Shown piece by piece: positions 11,113 to 23,144 of a DNA stretch of 64,000 nucleotides. This DNA comes from Macrostomum lignano (taxonomy: Eukaryota), in assembly GCA_002269645.1 (NCBI GenBank), contig NIVC01002294.1, forward strand, positions 1-64,000, read 5' to 3'. The position numbers and the translations under genes are program-made. The notes beneath the pieces are model-generated. The model worked only from the letters and a program-made list of their open reading frames with translations, made no database searches and was not told where the DNA came from. The stretch's first letter is position 1, and every line of letters begins with the position of its first letter.

Positions 11113-11975
11113 GAGCAGATTAGGAATCCGAGCCTCAGAAGAAATTACTTTTTTCCAGGAGTATTCATAAAAAATCTGTATGCAATTTCATCAACAGAAC
11201 GCGGGTCCCTCTGAGCTAAATCAGGAATGACAAAACCCGTACAGGTGCAGGCAGGGAGGCAGACAGCAGGGCCAAAAATAGCAGATGCAGCTGACGCAAT
11301 GTCGCTGAATCAATATCGTATCGAGTTGAGCTGAGCTGCTGAGTTTGCAATCAGCAAGATACTCGCAACAGCCGGCAGCTGCAAGAGCGTCAAAGGTGCT
11401 CTGCTCTCCAGTCAAAGGCATAGGAATTTTTGCATTCTCGATTCAAACTCAAGTCGCGCATATGCTTTTTCTCTGAGCTTTCTGAGCTCAACATCCTGGC
11501 ATACTGCATCAGGAACGCGGACACTCAGGTCACATCTCACAGCCCGGACACAAACTGTAGCATCTGTCATCTATAGGATAGACGAGTGAAAATAGTGATA
11601 AAGTTTCTAGAGCCGTTTGAACTGTAAAAACTTGCATCTCTACTGAAAGTAACATTTATCCAATGCTTAACACAAAATTTTTCAAACAACCATTTTTGCA
11701 AATGCGCGCAAAAACTTTCACCCCTTTCAAAACAGAAGTAACAGTAGTTAAATAAAAATTCTAAAAAACTAACTAGAAGTCTACATACATGCATATAGGT
11801 AATTCGTGCTGAAACATTTTTTGTCGATAAGTTTCTTCATAAGAACCACACACCGTCTGTCAAGGGTCTAAGTGCTAAAATTCGAAGATAAGAATGCAGC
11901 CCGCCCCAACACTATCAGGTGCTTGTGCCGGTCACGCTGCTGTACCTCACATAGTTGCCGCAGATTTCTCGCTAC

Positions 11976-13947
11976 CCCAGTGGCAAAAGTTAGTTCGATT
12001 TTAGTTCGAATTCGCGTCGAAAAAAGTATTTACATTCGAAGTGGCAATTTGAGGGATTCTACATTATCCTGTGGCCAAAAAAATGTCTAGTACTTTTTTG
12101 AAGTATAATCTTTTCTTTGATAAAAAGATTTTGCATTTGAACATTTTTATAGTGTGCCACTGTAGTGCGTAGATTTTAGCTAGAACTTGGTGCGATTTTT
12201 CGAATGAGAACATAGGTTCGATAAAAACGAACGTTTTCGTAAAACGTAAAAATCTGGTTCTTTACTATAAACTTCTTTACAATACATTAATTACATGTAG
12301 ATTGCTAGGCCTGCTGCAAATGAGATTAGTTTACATTGTTGGGTCAAGTCATCTTTGGACGCAGAATTTATCATAGTATAATAGTTACAAATGATTAGGA
12401 TTGCAGGAGTTGCGCTTATTGTTTTCCACCATGGCTAGCTTGTGTGCAAGGTGGAATCCATTTTTTCTATCAAGGAACAGATAGACAGTGATATTTTAGC
12501 TAGGGTGCAACTTCTTAAAGATTAGAATGGTCTCTTTTACTATATGCTGTTTTTTACTATAGTGTTACTGCTAGTGACCAATAGAAAGTTCGGTTTTTAG
12601 TTAGGCCTATTTATTATAGATTTAGAAATTGTGATTCAATGATGCCTTGCCTCTAAAGTTTTCATGAAATATTTATTTATGTTTCTGCTTTATTTTTCCC
12701 ATGTTTGACACATTTCATACCTTTTAAAACAAAAGTTACATTGTTGTATATCACTTGCATCACCTTTAGATTTTCCTATTGATTAGGTCTACTATAAGCT
12801 TTAAAAACTTACTTTTTGCAAAGATCACTTGCTTTTTTCCATTGCATATTTAATCTGTTAACTTTTCACAGTATTTTTATAGTTCTCTCATGGTGTTGCT
12901 TTCTTCTGTTTGCTTTTTATTTTTGTATTTTGAACTTCACAATTTTTTTCATAGTTAATTTGCCTGTGGCTTGAAATTCCTTGAATAGACCTTAGTTGTT
13001 GTTTTGCTTTTTAGTCTTTTGACTTGTCTACTTTTGCTTTTTAATCTACTTTTAACTGTTTCAAACTTTTAAAATAAATAATTGCTAATGATAAAATGTG
13101 GTGTGCCATCTTATTAATAGAAAATTTATTATAAACTATATTTAATTGCATTGTATTGTATTACAAATGTCTCCAGTCCTACTATTCTTCCTCTTTATTA
13201 TTTTAACTAAGTGGTATAGTGAAATTTTGTGATTGGAATTGCAAGAAGTGCAAATTACAAAAATTATAATAGAATTGAAAAATGGGAAAATGCAATCAGT
13301 TGTAAAAATGACAATTATTATACAATTTTACATTTAATTTTTCATAATTTCAACCATTTTGGTCTAGGAGAGAAGAGCCTGGAGAGTTGAGAGGATAGAT
13401 CAAAGCGAAAAGAGAAAAAGAAAAGAGAGGAGAGGAGAGGGGAGCATAGTGACCAAACCTGCTATTCTAGTGCATCATTTTGAAAAATGTGATGTTGGAT
13501 TCATTTTTCAGTTTAAAAAATTAGCGACTTGGGGGGTGTAGGGAAGGGCTGATCAGGAGGATGTATCCCCCAAACAGCCAAACGAATTGTTTTTTTGAAG
13601 TATTTCTCCTTAGGGGGCGTGCTATCCCCCCCCCCCAAAAGAAAATTTCCCTCCTGAGGGGCAGCCTATACTCCCCCATAAATTTCTGGCTACGCACCTG
13701 GCGACTCTAGGCTAAAAATAATCAACTGTGAAAATATACATGTACAATATATTTACTCTCAACACAGCCTAAATGTACCTTAAGGCAGATATCTGGTTTT
13801 AAAAAGGTTCGAAATTTGTTCAAAAGCTTGGATTTTTTTACTTCGAAAGTAGCTAGAAAATTCTAGCTAGAATTCGCCGGGCAATATTTCGAGCTAAATT
13901 CTACTTCGAAATTTCGAACTAGATTCTAGCTAACTTTTGCCACTGGG
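11976..13947. mobile_element. Non-autonomous or decayed TIR DNA transposon, CMC-EnSpm-like (5'-CCC terminus, 2-bp TSD)
   Basis: Perfect 18-bp TIR CCCAGTGGCAAAAGTTAG at both ends; TTCGAA-rich subterminal regions; flanking AC...AC; removing it restores an in-frame ORF; AT-rich interior with no intact ORF. Confidence 0.8.
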
Positions 13948-16900
13948 ACTGTGACGCCGCGAGTCATCATCCACATGACGGCCGCCTGCTGGCAAAGCTG
14001 CAGTTTTGCGAGGCGGTACAGGTCAAGTTGCGCATGCTCGACCATTGTTAGTTATGTTGAGCTTATGGTTGAAGGCCGAGAGCTCGTCGAGCGACGAGAC
14101 GCTGCTGCTGCACATCCATGCACGTCACGCCCGACGTAGGTTTACAGACTGGTAAGTTTGTCATTTGTTAGGGTTGGCCGCAGGCCCGCAGATGGCATAG
14201 CCTTCTCATACGCAGGCAGTACAGCAGTCAATTGCCTTTACACAGCCCACAGAACTGTACAAGCATGCATGTATCCCTACATGCATTCACAGGCATCCTT
14301 TCGGCAAGCAGAGCTAAAGCATCCCGCAGCTTGCGAAGCATTTTACAACTGCACAAGGCAACCTCACGGCGCAAAGGCACGACAGACCACCATGAGGGGC
14401 CGGTCGTTTCTACGAAAAGATACTTTCCAGAGTGTACACGTTTTAAACAAATTTAACATCACATTGGGCCTTTTCATATTGCTTGTTCTGATTCGAGAAT
14501 CAGACCCAATTTGTAAATTATAAATTTTTTTGCCTTAACAAGAAAGATATACGTGCAGCTATAATCCATTTGCTGAGTTGTCGTAAGTCTGGTTGACGAA
14601 ATTTCCGAAAACCTCATTTTTTTTACATTTTAATGCGAATTAAAACAGTTGCCTATTGAATGTTATATATAAAAAAGCTTTTGCCTTTCGCAGTCAACTT
14701 CAGTGTAGATAGTGAATTTTAATTGTTGTTGCACAACATATTGCCTTGGATCTTAGACTTAGTGGCCCATTAGTACAGTATCAAGACAAGTAATTATGTC
14801 AGTAGTTATGTACAATAGTCAAGTCATCAGACTTAGCTTGCCATGCCAGCCCTAAAGAACAGGCCTGTATAATAAATAGTAAGGACAACTGGCCGCCTGC
14901 CATTTGAACTTTAAAAAGTTGAATTAGAATTCCAAATGAGATTTATATAACTTAGGATGAACTAAAGATGAATCCTATTGCTAGTGCAGTATATTGTTTT
15001 CACTATGTCATTGTCCAATGTCCATATAGTAAAGGCATAGACAGCTTTTATTCATTATATAGTTAATATAAAGTATATTACAAAGTTCCACATATTAAAA
15101 CTTATGGTAAAGTAAGTTTGAAAAATAATTAAGTATATGATTCTATGACTATATATCTAGGCATATTCCACACCTATAGTGGTATAATGGTATAATATAA
15201 TAATCAAGGTTTTCTTTTTGCAAAAGACATGATGCAAAATTGCACCCTATGCTCACTTTTAAGGCTCAAAGTGCAATTTCTCTTTTTTCTTATTTTAAAG
15301 CAGTGTGAATGAGGCTTCAATAGGAAAAATAGGTTATGAAACCATACCTAAACTATACCTACTTTTTACTTTCAAGGTGCAATTTTAAAATTTAGGGTGC
15401 ATATGCACACTCTATGCATAAAAAATAAACTTAGAATACAATATAATATAGGCCTAGGCCTAAACCATAACTATAGATGGAACAAAAGTATTGTTATCAA
15501 TATTTCTTCTTTAGGACTAGACAATAAAACTAGTAAATACAAAATATTTTAATTCTAATTAGTAAACATGTATATAACTTTAGCCAATTGGTTTTTATTG
15601 ACATTAAAATTGATGTTATGATATACATAGTAAATAGGAATAGGGTAGCTATATACTTACTAGACAACAAAATTATAGGATAGCTAACCAAGGGGTAAGG
15701 GATAAGTAAAGTCATCATGCAGAATCATGCACATGTCTATGTATTTTAATATTTTTTTACATTAGAAAAAACCAATTGGCTTAAGTTATTTTCATTTGAT
15801 AGACCTAGCGTAAGCCTAATATTGATTGGCTATAATCCTACACCTATATTAGCAGTGGTCTAGGAGTAGATCTACCTAGGCTTAAAAGGCCCTTTTGGCA
15901 ATACTTATTTAACATAATGGTATTTGACTATTATTTAGCTAATTTAGCTTTGTATATTTTTAAAGCATATATATACAACCTATACTAAGCCTTATTTTTT
16001 CCTATTTACCAATAAAGAAATTTGAAAATCCTTTCTTCTATTAATATTTAATGATTCATTTGTATTTGTCTTGAATTCTAGATTAATTAATAAATTATTT
16101 ATAAGTTTAATAAGATCATAATTTTATCTATATAGGGGTTTTGATAATATGGATTTCAAATTAAAGCTTTATTTTTATATAGCTTAAATTTACATGGTAT
16201 TTTTTTATTAATATTTGAATTAAAAAATATATGGTTGGCTTAACATTTGCTAATCTATCTATAAGACTTACTTTATTGCATTATTTATTAGAATATATGC
16301 AATATATGTTTTTGTATATTGAAATTATAAATAAAATCATGTTTGGTTATGATGTTAGGTATCACTAAATTTATAATGCTTAATTCTATGCATATGCATT
16401 AAAGTCCAAAACATAAAATGATTAAATAGCAAATGCAAAATTCTATTCTCAAAACGTTGTTAGTTTTTTAGGCATTCCTAATATACCTACAGGCATACAT
16501 GTGCAACTTCTGAAATTACGCTGGCCGTGCGACTTAGTTTTTGATCAAAAATGCAACTTACCTATGTAAGAAAGCTAAACAAAGAATTGTGGGTAAACGG
16601 TAGGAGTAACTATGACCATATTTTAAAGGCTAAATGCCTCGCCAGCTAATTAGTGCAGATTTCGCGGTTTTTATTACAGCTAATTAGTATATCATAGTGG
16701 CGGCCTGAGGCAATTAGTAATGATGACAATGAGTAAAGACATGTAAAGACAAAAGTCATGATTCATGAATGTCTAGAAGTAAGTGAAGTGAATACAGTGT
16801 GGCCTATAGCTCAAGAATAATTTCACTTGCTAGACGATTTGGCATGGAAGATGAGAGCCCTGATTCAGATGGCTCATCAGATGCAGAATACAAATCCAGT

Positions 16901-17079
16901 AGAGATACAAGCTGTGAAAACCCACAGATTTTGAAACCACTGAATTCCAATTCCCGGAACTATTTTGCATAGATTCTTAAATTTGAAGTCATGCTCAAAC
17001 AAAAACTTGTTAACAGTTAGGAAAAAGGCAAACAAGGATGGGAGTAAATGCATGTTAAATTAAGATTTGAGGCCTTTGC

Positions 17080-17740
17080 AAATTCTCTCCTTTCATCAAT
17101 CTTCTCATCCTCTTTTTCTTTTCTCTCTCATCCCTCATCCCTTCTCTCTTTCCTCTCCTCTCTCCTCTCTTTCCTCCTCTCTTATCTCTTCTGTCTCCTG
17201 TCTACATTCTTATCTCTCCTCTCGTCTCTCTCCACTCAACTCTCTCATCTCATCTCTCCTCTCTTCTCTACTCTCTTATCTCTCCTCTCTTCACTCTCCT
17301 CTTATCTCCTCCTTATCGTCTCTTCTCTCGTCTACTCTCTTATCTCCTTTCTTCTCTCCTCTTTCCTCTTTCCTCTCTTTTCTGATCTCATCCATCATCA
17401 TATCTTTCCTCTTTCCTCTCATCTCTCTCATCTCTCTCATCTCTCTCCTCCCTCAGCTTTTCTCTCATCTTCTATCTTTTCTACCATTGCATCGCTCGCC
17501 TCTCCTCTGTTTGCTTATCTCCAATCTTCTATTCCCTCTACTTTGAAGTAAGAAAATATGCACACATTTTTGCTGAAGATAAGAGGAGAGAAGAGGGCAT
17601 TGAGGAGAAAGGGTAGAGAGAAAAGGGGATAAAGGAGAGGGGAGAAGAGAGGAGAGTAAAAATGAAAGGAGAGAGAAGAGGGAAAAGGGGGAGAGAGAGA
17701 AGAGGGGAGGCAAGGTAGAGAAGAAGAGAGAGATGAGAGT
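17080..17740. repeat. Low-complexity pyrimidine (TC) tract followed by a purine (GA) tract, inside the hAT-like element
   Basis: TC-rich at about 17080-17530, GA-rich at about 17570-17740. Confidence 0.85.
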
Positions 17741-17979
17741 TGAAGAGACACCAACCTTGCTAGTTAGAAAGTTTCAAAGAACCCGAGGGGCGAGGGCCAG
17801 ATAGAGGGGCTTCGCGAGCTGGACTTTGTCGACCCCTGCTCCGGAGTTAAAGAAATCAATGGGAAACTGTTGACATAGGCTGCTGATTTCAAAGATCTTG
17901 TCTGTGGTTGAAGGCTTCTATTCTGTTTTTTTGCTCTCCTGCCACACTTGCACCTACTACCCCCTGATTGCCTCTGATT

Positions 17980-18905
17980 GTGACTTACTTCCCTCTTATT
18001 GCGACTTAGTTGCTCCTTTTGCGACTTACCTAACCCTTTTGCGACTTACCTAATCCTTTTTGCGACTTGCCTAATCCTTTTGCGACTTGACCTAATCCTT
18101 TTTGCGACTTGACCTAATCCTTTTTGCGACTTAGTTGCTCCTTTTGCAACTTACCTAATCCTTTTTGCGACTTACCTAAACCTTTTGCGACTTACCTAAT
18201 CCTTTTGCGACTTACCTAATCCTTTTTGCGACTTGACCTAATCCTTTTTGCGACTTAGTTGCTCCTTTTGCGACTTACCTAACCCTTTTTGCGACTTACC
18301 TAACCCTTTTGCGACTTACCTAATCCTTTTTGCGACTTACCTAACCCTTTTGCGACTTACCTAATCCTTTTTGCGACTTACCTAATCTTTTTGCGACTTG
18401 ACCTAATCCTTTTTGCGACTTACCTAATCCTTTTGCGACTTGACCTAATCCTTTTTTGCGACTTACCTAATCCTTTTTGCGACTTACCTAATCCTTTTTG
18501 CGACTTACCTAATCTTTTTGCGACTTGACCTAATCCTTTTTGCGACTTACCTAATCCTTTTTGCGACTTACCTAATCTTTTTGCGACTTGACCTAATCCT
18601 TTTTTGCGACTTAGTTGCTCCTTTTGCGACTTACCTAATCCTTTTGCGACTTACCTAATCCTTTTTGCGACTTACCTAATCCTTTTTGCGACTTACCTAA
18701 TCTTTTTGCGACTTGACCTAATCCTTTTGCGACTTAGTTGCTCCTTTTGCGACTTACCTAATCCTTTTGCGACTTACCTAATCCTTTTTGCGACTTACCT
18801 AACCCTTTTGCGACTTACCTAATCCTTTTGCGACTTACCTAATCCTTTTTGCGACTTGACCGAATCCTTTTTGCAACTTAGTTGCTCCTTTTGCGACTTA
18901 CCTAA
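17980..18905. repeat. About 20-22-bp minisatellite (TTTTGCGACTT[G]ACCTAATCC) inside the hAT-like element
   Basis: About 43 degenerate units sharing the element's subterminal motif TGCGACTTA. Confidence 0.9.
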
Positions 18906-19164
18906 TCATTTGTGCAACTTAATTTGCTTCTGCTGCAACTTGTTTTTCTTTTGCTTAACCATTTTACTTCCCTATATTGCTCTTTCCTCTTGCATTTTTT
19001 CGTTTTTGGTCAACTCAATTTTGCGACTTACCCTGGTCCACCACAATTTACGGTGGCCGGATCGGCCAGCTCGGCCAGCAGTTGCGCATGTATGCCTACA
19101 GGCTGCAGCTATAGTATAATAAACCATGTTAGCATTTACAGATTGTGTTCATTGCCTCTCCAAT

Positions 19165-20155
19165 CTTAATCCCCAATGCTGACTGCATTCATTAGCCTCC
19201 CCAATCATAATCCCCAATTCTGACTGCATTCATTAGCCTCCCCAATCATAATCCCCAATTCTGACTGCATTCATTAGCCTCCCCAATCATAATCCCCAAT
19301 TCTGACTGCATTCATTAGCCTCCCCAATCATAATCCCCAATTCTGACTGCATTCATTAGCCTTCCCAATGCTAATCCCCAATACTGACTGCATTCATTAG
19401 CCTTCCCAATGCTAATCCCCAATACTGACTGCATTCATTAGCCTTCCCAATCCTAATCCCCAATGCTGAATGCATTCATTAGCCTCCCCAATGCTAATCC
19501 CCAATTCTGACTGCATTCATTAGCCTTCCCAATGCTAATCCCCAATTCTGACTGCATTCATTAGCCTTCCCAATGCTAATCCCCAATACTGACTGCATTC
19601 ATTAGCCTTCCCAATGCTAATCCCCAATACTGACTGCATTCATTAGCCTTCCCAATCCTAATCCCCAATACTGACTGCATTCATTAGCCTCCCGAATCCC
19701 CCAATGCTGACTGCAATCATTCGCCTCCCCAATCCTAATCCCCCAATCTGACTGCATTCATTAGCCTCCCCAATCTTAATCCCCAATGCTGACTGCATTC
19801 ATTAGCCTTCCCAATGCTAATCCCCAATGCTGACTGCATTCATTAGCCTCCCCAATCCTAATCCCCCAATGCTGACTGCAATCATTAGCCTCCCCAGTGC
19901 TAATCCCCAATTCTGACTGCATTCATTAGCCTCCCCAATCCTAATCCCCAATGCTGACTGCATTCATTAGCCTCCCCAATCCTAATCCCCAATGCTGACT
20001 GCATTCATTAGCCTTTCCAATGCTAATCCCCAATGCTGACTGCATTCATTAGCCTCCCCAATCCTAATTCCCCAATGCTGACTGCAATCATTAGCCTCCC
20101 CAATCCTAATCCCCAATGCTGAATGCATTCATTAGCCTCCCCAATTCCAATCCCC
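19165..20155. repeat. 41-bp minisatellite (AATCCCCAATGCTGACTGCATTCATTAGCCTCCCCAATCCT) ending just upstream of the CASC3 ORF
   Basis: Period 41, about 24 units. Confidence 0.95.
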
Positions 20156-20177
20156 AAAGCCAGCTGAGTCAGTCGGC

Positions 20178-22748
20178 ATGAGGATCGAATCCAAGCCCAG
20201 CCCAATTCAATTGCAGGACTTGCACGCGCAGGACGAACCCACAGAGTCGGAATTTGCCGATGCCGAAGACGGCACCGCGGCCGCCGCCGCTGCCGAGGCT
20301 CCGAAGACCGAGGCTGGCGACGCGGTCTCCGAGGACGGCGACACGGGCGGCTCCGAGTCGGCGCAGTTTGTCGAAGCCGCTGAGGAGCCGGCGCCGCAGG
20401 CTGAGGCCGAGAGCGGAGAGCAAAATCCGTCATCTCCAGTGCAGGAGAGCTCGGAGGCTGGGCTGACTGCTGATGAGGCAGCTGGCAGTGGTGAGGCGTT
20501 AGAGGCTGCTGATGAGTCCACAGAGGCTCTGAAGAATCCGGTCGCTGAAGCTGTGGAGGCTGCAGAGCAGGCCGTGGCGGCAGGTCCAGCACCCGCGGTT
20601 GAACAGTCTGAAGCTGGAGAAGAGCGGGCTCAAACTGATGAAGCTACAGTTGCGCCAGCAGCCGACGAGCAGGTGGAGACTGATCATGCCGAAATCCATG
20701 CGGGCACGGACGGTGCGACTGCAGCTGGCGGTGAGCAGGCCGAGACGAAGGACGATAAGGCATCTGCGGCTGACCAACCTCAGCCCGAGACTGCAGAGGC
20801 GACTGCGGAACGCGGCGAAATTGTCGAGGGCGAGGGATCGTCCTCCGTCTACTCGGACGCTGTTGATGATGAGCAAGCAGCTGGGGGCCGCGACTCCCAA
20901 GAGCAGCCGAATGTGGAAGCTGGTGCAAATATGGACGAATCTGAATCGCGTGATGAAGCTGTGACTGCTGAGGGAGAAGTTAAAGTGGAAACAGCGGGAA
21001 TTGATTTGAAAGAAAGCGAAGACGTTGCTGCAGTTGATGGCGACGAAGCTCAAGAAGAAAATGAAAGAGATATCGGAGAGGCAGCTGAAGAGGCTAAAAA
21101 AGAAGATGAAGAAGCTGACGAGGAAGATGAAGGTGAAATTGGAGTTGACAAAGCTAGAGGAGAGGAAGGTGAAGCTGTAGAAGACGTTGAAGATGTTGGA
21201 AAGAATGAAGAGACTGGAGAGGAGGATGAAGATTTTGGAGAAGATGAGGAAGCTGGAGAGGAGGATGAAGATGTTGGAGAAGATGAGGAAGCTGGAGAGG
21301 AGGATGAAGATGTTGGAGAGAAGGCTGAAAAAGTTGGAGAAGAGGATGAGGATGTTGAAAAGGAGGATGAAGAAGCTGGAGAGGAGGATGAAGAAGTTGG
21401 AGAAGAGGATGAAGAACCTGAAGAGGAGGATGAAGTTGGAGCGGAAGGGACCGGAGAAGTTAAAGAGGCTGAAGAGGAAGTCATAGAAGGCGAAGGAAAT
21501 AAGGAGGCTGAATCTGAAGAGGAAGAGGAAGATAAAGAGGAGGCTGGAGTGAAAGAGGAAGACAGAGCAGAAGCTGGTGTGGAGCACGACGAGGAATACG
21601 TAGAAGAGGCAGCGGAGGCTGGCAGTCCAAGTGAGGATACGCCAAAAAGCCCAGAAGAGGACGAGTCGGACCCGGCCTTCGTGCCCAGGCGGGGCAATTT
21701 CTACATGCACGACCTCCGCGAGGAGGGCAGCGTAGACACGGCTGAGGCCTCTAAGCAGCCGCGCCAAGCCAAGCGCGGCCCGGACGCGGTGGACAAGTGG
21801 CGACACGACCGATTCGACCAGTACCTGCAGAGCCCGAAGACCCCTGCCGAGTTGGTTAAGCGCTACGGGTTCGACATTCGCCATGCTGACGGTGCTGCTG
21901 AGCCAGCAGAGCCTCAGCGCCCAGCTGAGGCCGGGGGCCCGCGCGGCGGCAGGCAGCGTCGCGGGCGCGGACGCGGGCGCGGCGTCCAGCCGAGGAACCC
22001 CGGCTCATCGGACGATGCAGTCGAAAGCGCGGCAGTTGCAGCGCCGCCGCCTCCTGCCCAGTTGATGCCTAGGGAAGGTGGCGGCAGTCGCAGAGGCTTC
22101 GGCCGGCCGAGGCAGCCGCCGCTGCAGCAGCTGGCGGGCCAGGCCGAATCCTTTGGCCGGGACGCCCAGGACCCGCGACTGCGCTCGAACCAGCGTGGGA
22201 ACCAGAGGTCGGACGGTGGCCGACGCCAACGCCAGGAACCGGCGGATCCGCGCCCGCAGCAGCAGCAGTTTCCACAGCAACGGCAGCATCAAAGGCCGCC
22301 GCAGCAGCAGCTGGACCAGCAGCAGCAGTCTCGCATGTACGAGCTCGACCTAGAGAAGTTCGACCGGCAGCAGCGGGAGCGGGCGAACGCGTCTCGAAAC
22401 TCGCGCCAGCAGGCGGGCAGCGGCGGCGGCGACGGAGGCGGAGGCCCTGGTGGCAGGGGCGGCGGAGGCTTCAGCGGCATGGTGTTCTATGGTCGCGGGC
22501 GCGGTGGCGCCGGCGGCTTCAACTCGCAGCAGCGCCGCGGTGGCGGCGGCCCACCGCCTCAGCAGCAGCAGCAGCGAATGCCGGAATGGATGTCGGGAGA
22601 CGGCCAGGCGAAGCGCCTGATGCCAATCGAGCAGATGCAGGGCGATCCTCGGCAGCAGCCTCAGCAGCAGCAGCAGTTCCTGAACTATTTCCCAGCTGTG
22701 GACCCATCTATTGTGATGCAGCAGCAGCCCAGGATGCCTCAGCATTAA
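20178..22748 (+). CDS. CASC3: CASC3/Barentsz/MLN51-like exon junction complex protein (Btz/SELOR domain) with a long acidic N-terminus and an RG/Q-rich C-terminus, 856 aa ORF
   Basis: EDESDPAFVPRRGNFYMHDLR...KWRHDRFDQYLQSPKTPAELVKRYGFDIR matches the Btz eIF4AIII-binding domain (human NPAYIPRKGLFFEHDLR...RWEHDKF...QAPKSRQELIALYGYDIR). The true 5' start may lie in an upstream exon. Confidence 0.85.
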   Translation: MRIESKPSPIQLQDLHAQDEPTESEFADAEDGTAAAAAAEAPKTEAGDAVSEDGDTGGSESAQFVEAAEEPAPQAEAESGEQNPSSPVQESSEAGLTADEAAGSGEALEAADESTEALKNPVAEAVEAAEQAVAAGPAPAVEQSEAGEERAQTDEATVAPAADEQVETDHAEIHAGTDGATAAGGEQAETKDDKASAADQPQPETAEATAERGEIVEGEGSSSVYSDAVDDEQAAGGRDSQEQPNVEAGANMDESESRDEAVTAEGEVKVETAGIDLKESEDVAAVDGDEAQEENERDIGEAAEEAKKEDEEADEEDEGEIGVDKARGEEGEAVEDVEDVGKNEETGEEDEDFGEDEEAGEEDEDVGEDEEAGEEDEDVGEKAEKVGEEDEDVEKEDEEAGEEDEEVGEEDEEPEEEDEVGAEGTGEVKEAEEEVIEGEGNKEAESEEEEEDKEEAGVKEEDRAEAGVEHDEEYVEEAAEAGSPSEDTPKSPEEDESDPAFVPRRGNFYMHDLREEGSVDTAEASKQPRQAKRGPDAVDKWRHDRFDQYLQSPKTPAELVKRYGFDIRHADGAAEPAEPQRPAEAGGPRGGRQRRGRGRGRGVQPRNPGSSDDAVESAAVAAPPPPAQLMPREGGGSRRGFGRPRQPPLQQLAGQAESFGRDAQDPRLRSNQRGNQRSDGGRRQRQEPADPRPQQQQFPQQRQHQRPPQQQLDQQQQSRMYELDLEKFDRQQRERANASRNSRQQAGSGGGDGGGGPGGRGGGGFSGMVFYGRGRGGAGGFNSQQRRGGGGPPPQQQQQRMPEWMSGDGQAKRLMPIEQMQGDPRQQPQQQQQFLNYFPAVDPSIVMQQQPRMPQH

Positions 22749-23144
22749 CGACCGATTGCATTCATCAATAACTCCTTTTCTACTGAACATCGTTTCTTCT
22801 CTGTTAAGCAACTCGGCATCGCTTCTTCCCAGTTAGTTAGAGCTCGCTGTTTCATTTCTATTTATTTTTTTATCTGCAAGGCTTGGGTGCGGTAGTGCAG
22901 AGGGTCTGCTACTAGTGCTGCTGTTCTGTTGTTTTGCAGTTAAATATGCATGCGTGCCTGCTTGTATTGTCCCGAGTGTCTGTACATAAGTGCGTGCATC
23001 GAGGCCCAAGCCTAATCTGTGTGCGCTACTCGATAAAACATACAATTATCATAGCTTGGCCGAGTTTTGCGGTCGCGCGTTTTGAATTTAAAAAGTTCTA
23101 CTTTATTCTCTTGTTTGGCCATGTCACTGTTTTCTATTGGAGCA

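Larger units (their letters stand above)
16494..19094. mobile_element. hAT-like non-autonomous DNA transposon, 2.6 kb
   Basis: TIR CATACATG[T/C]GCAACT; 8-bp TSD CCTACAGG (16486-16493 and 19095-19102); ends homologous to the MITE at 62079-62374. Confidence 0.85.

Noticed and set aside
13590-13702. hAT-like right end (GGCTACGCACCTG) inside the EnSpm-like element
   Set aside because: No matching left TIR or TSD found by eye.
20499-21884. 461-aa hydrophobic minus-strand ORF resembling a membrane protein
   Set aside because: Antisense shadow of the Glu-rich CASC3 coding strand (GAA/GAG read as Phe/Leu/Ser).
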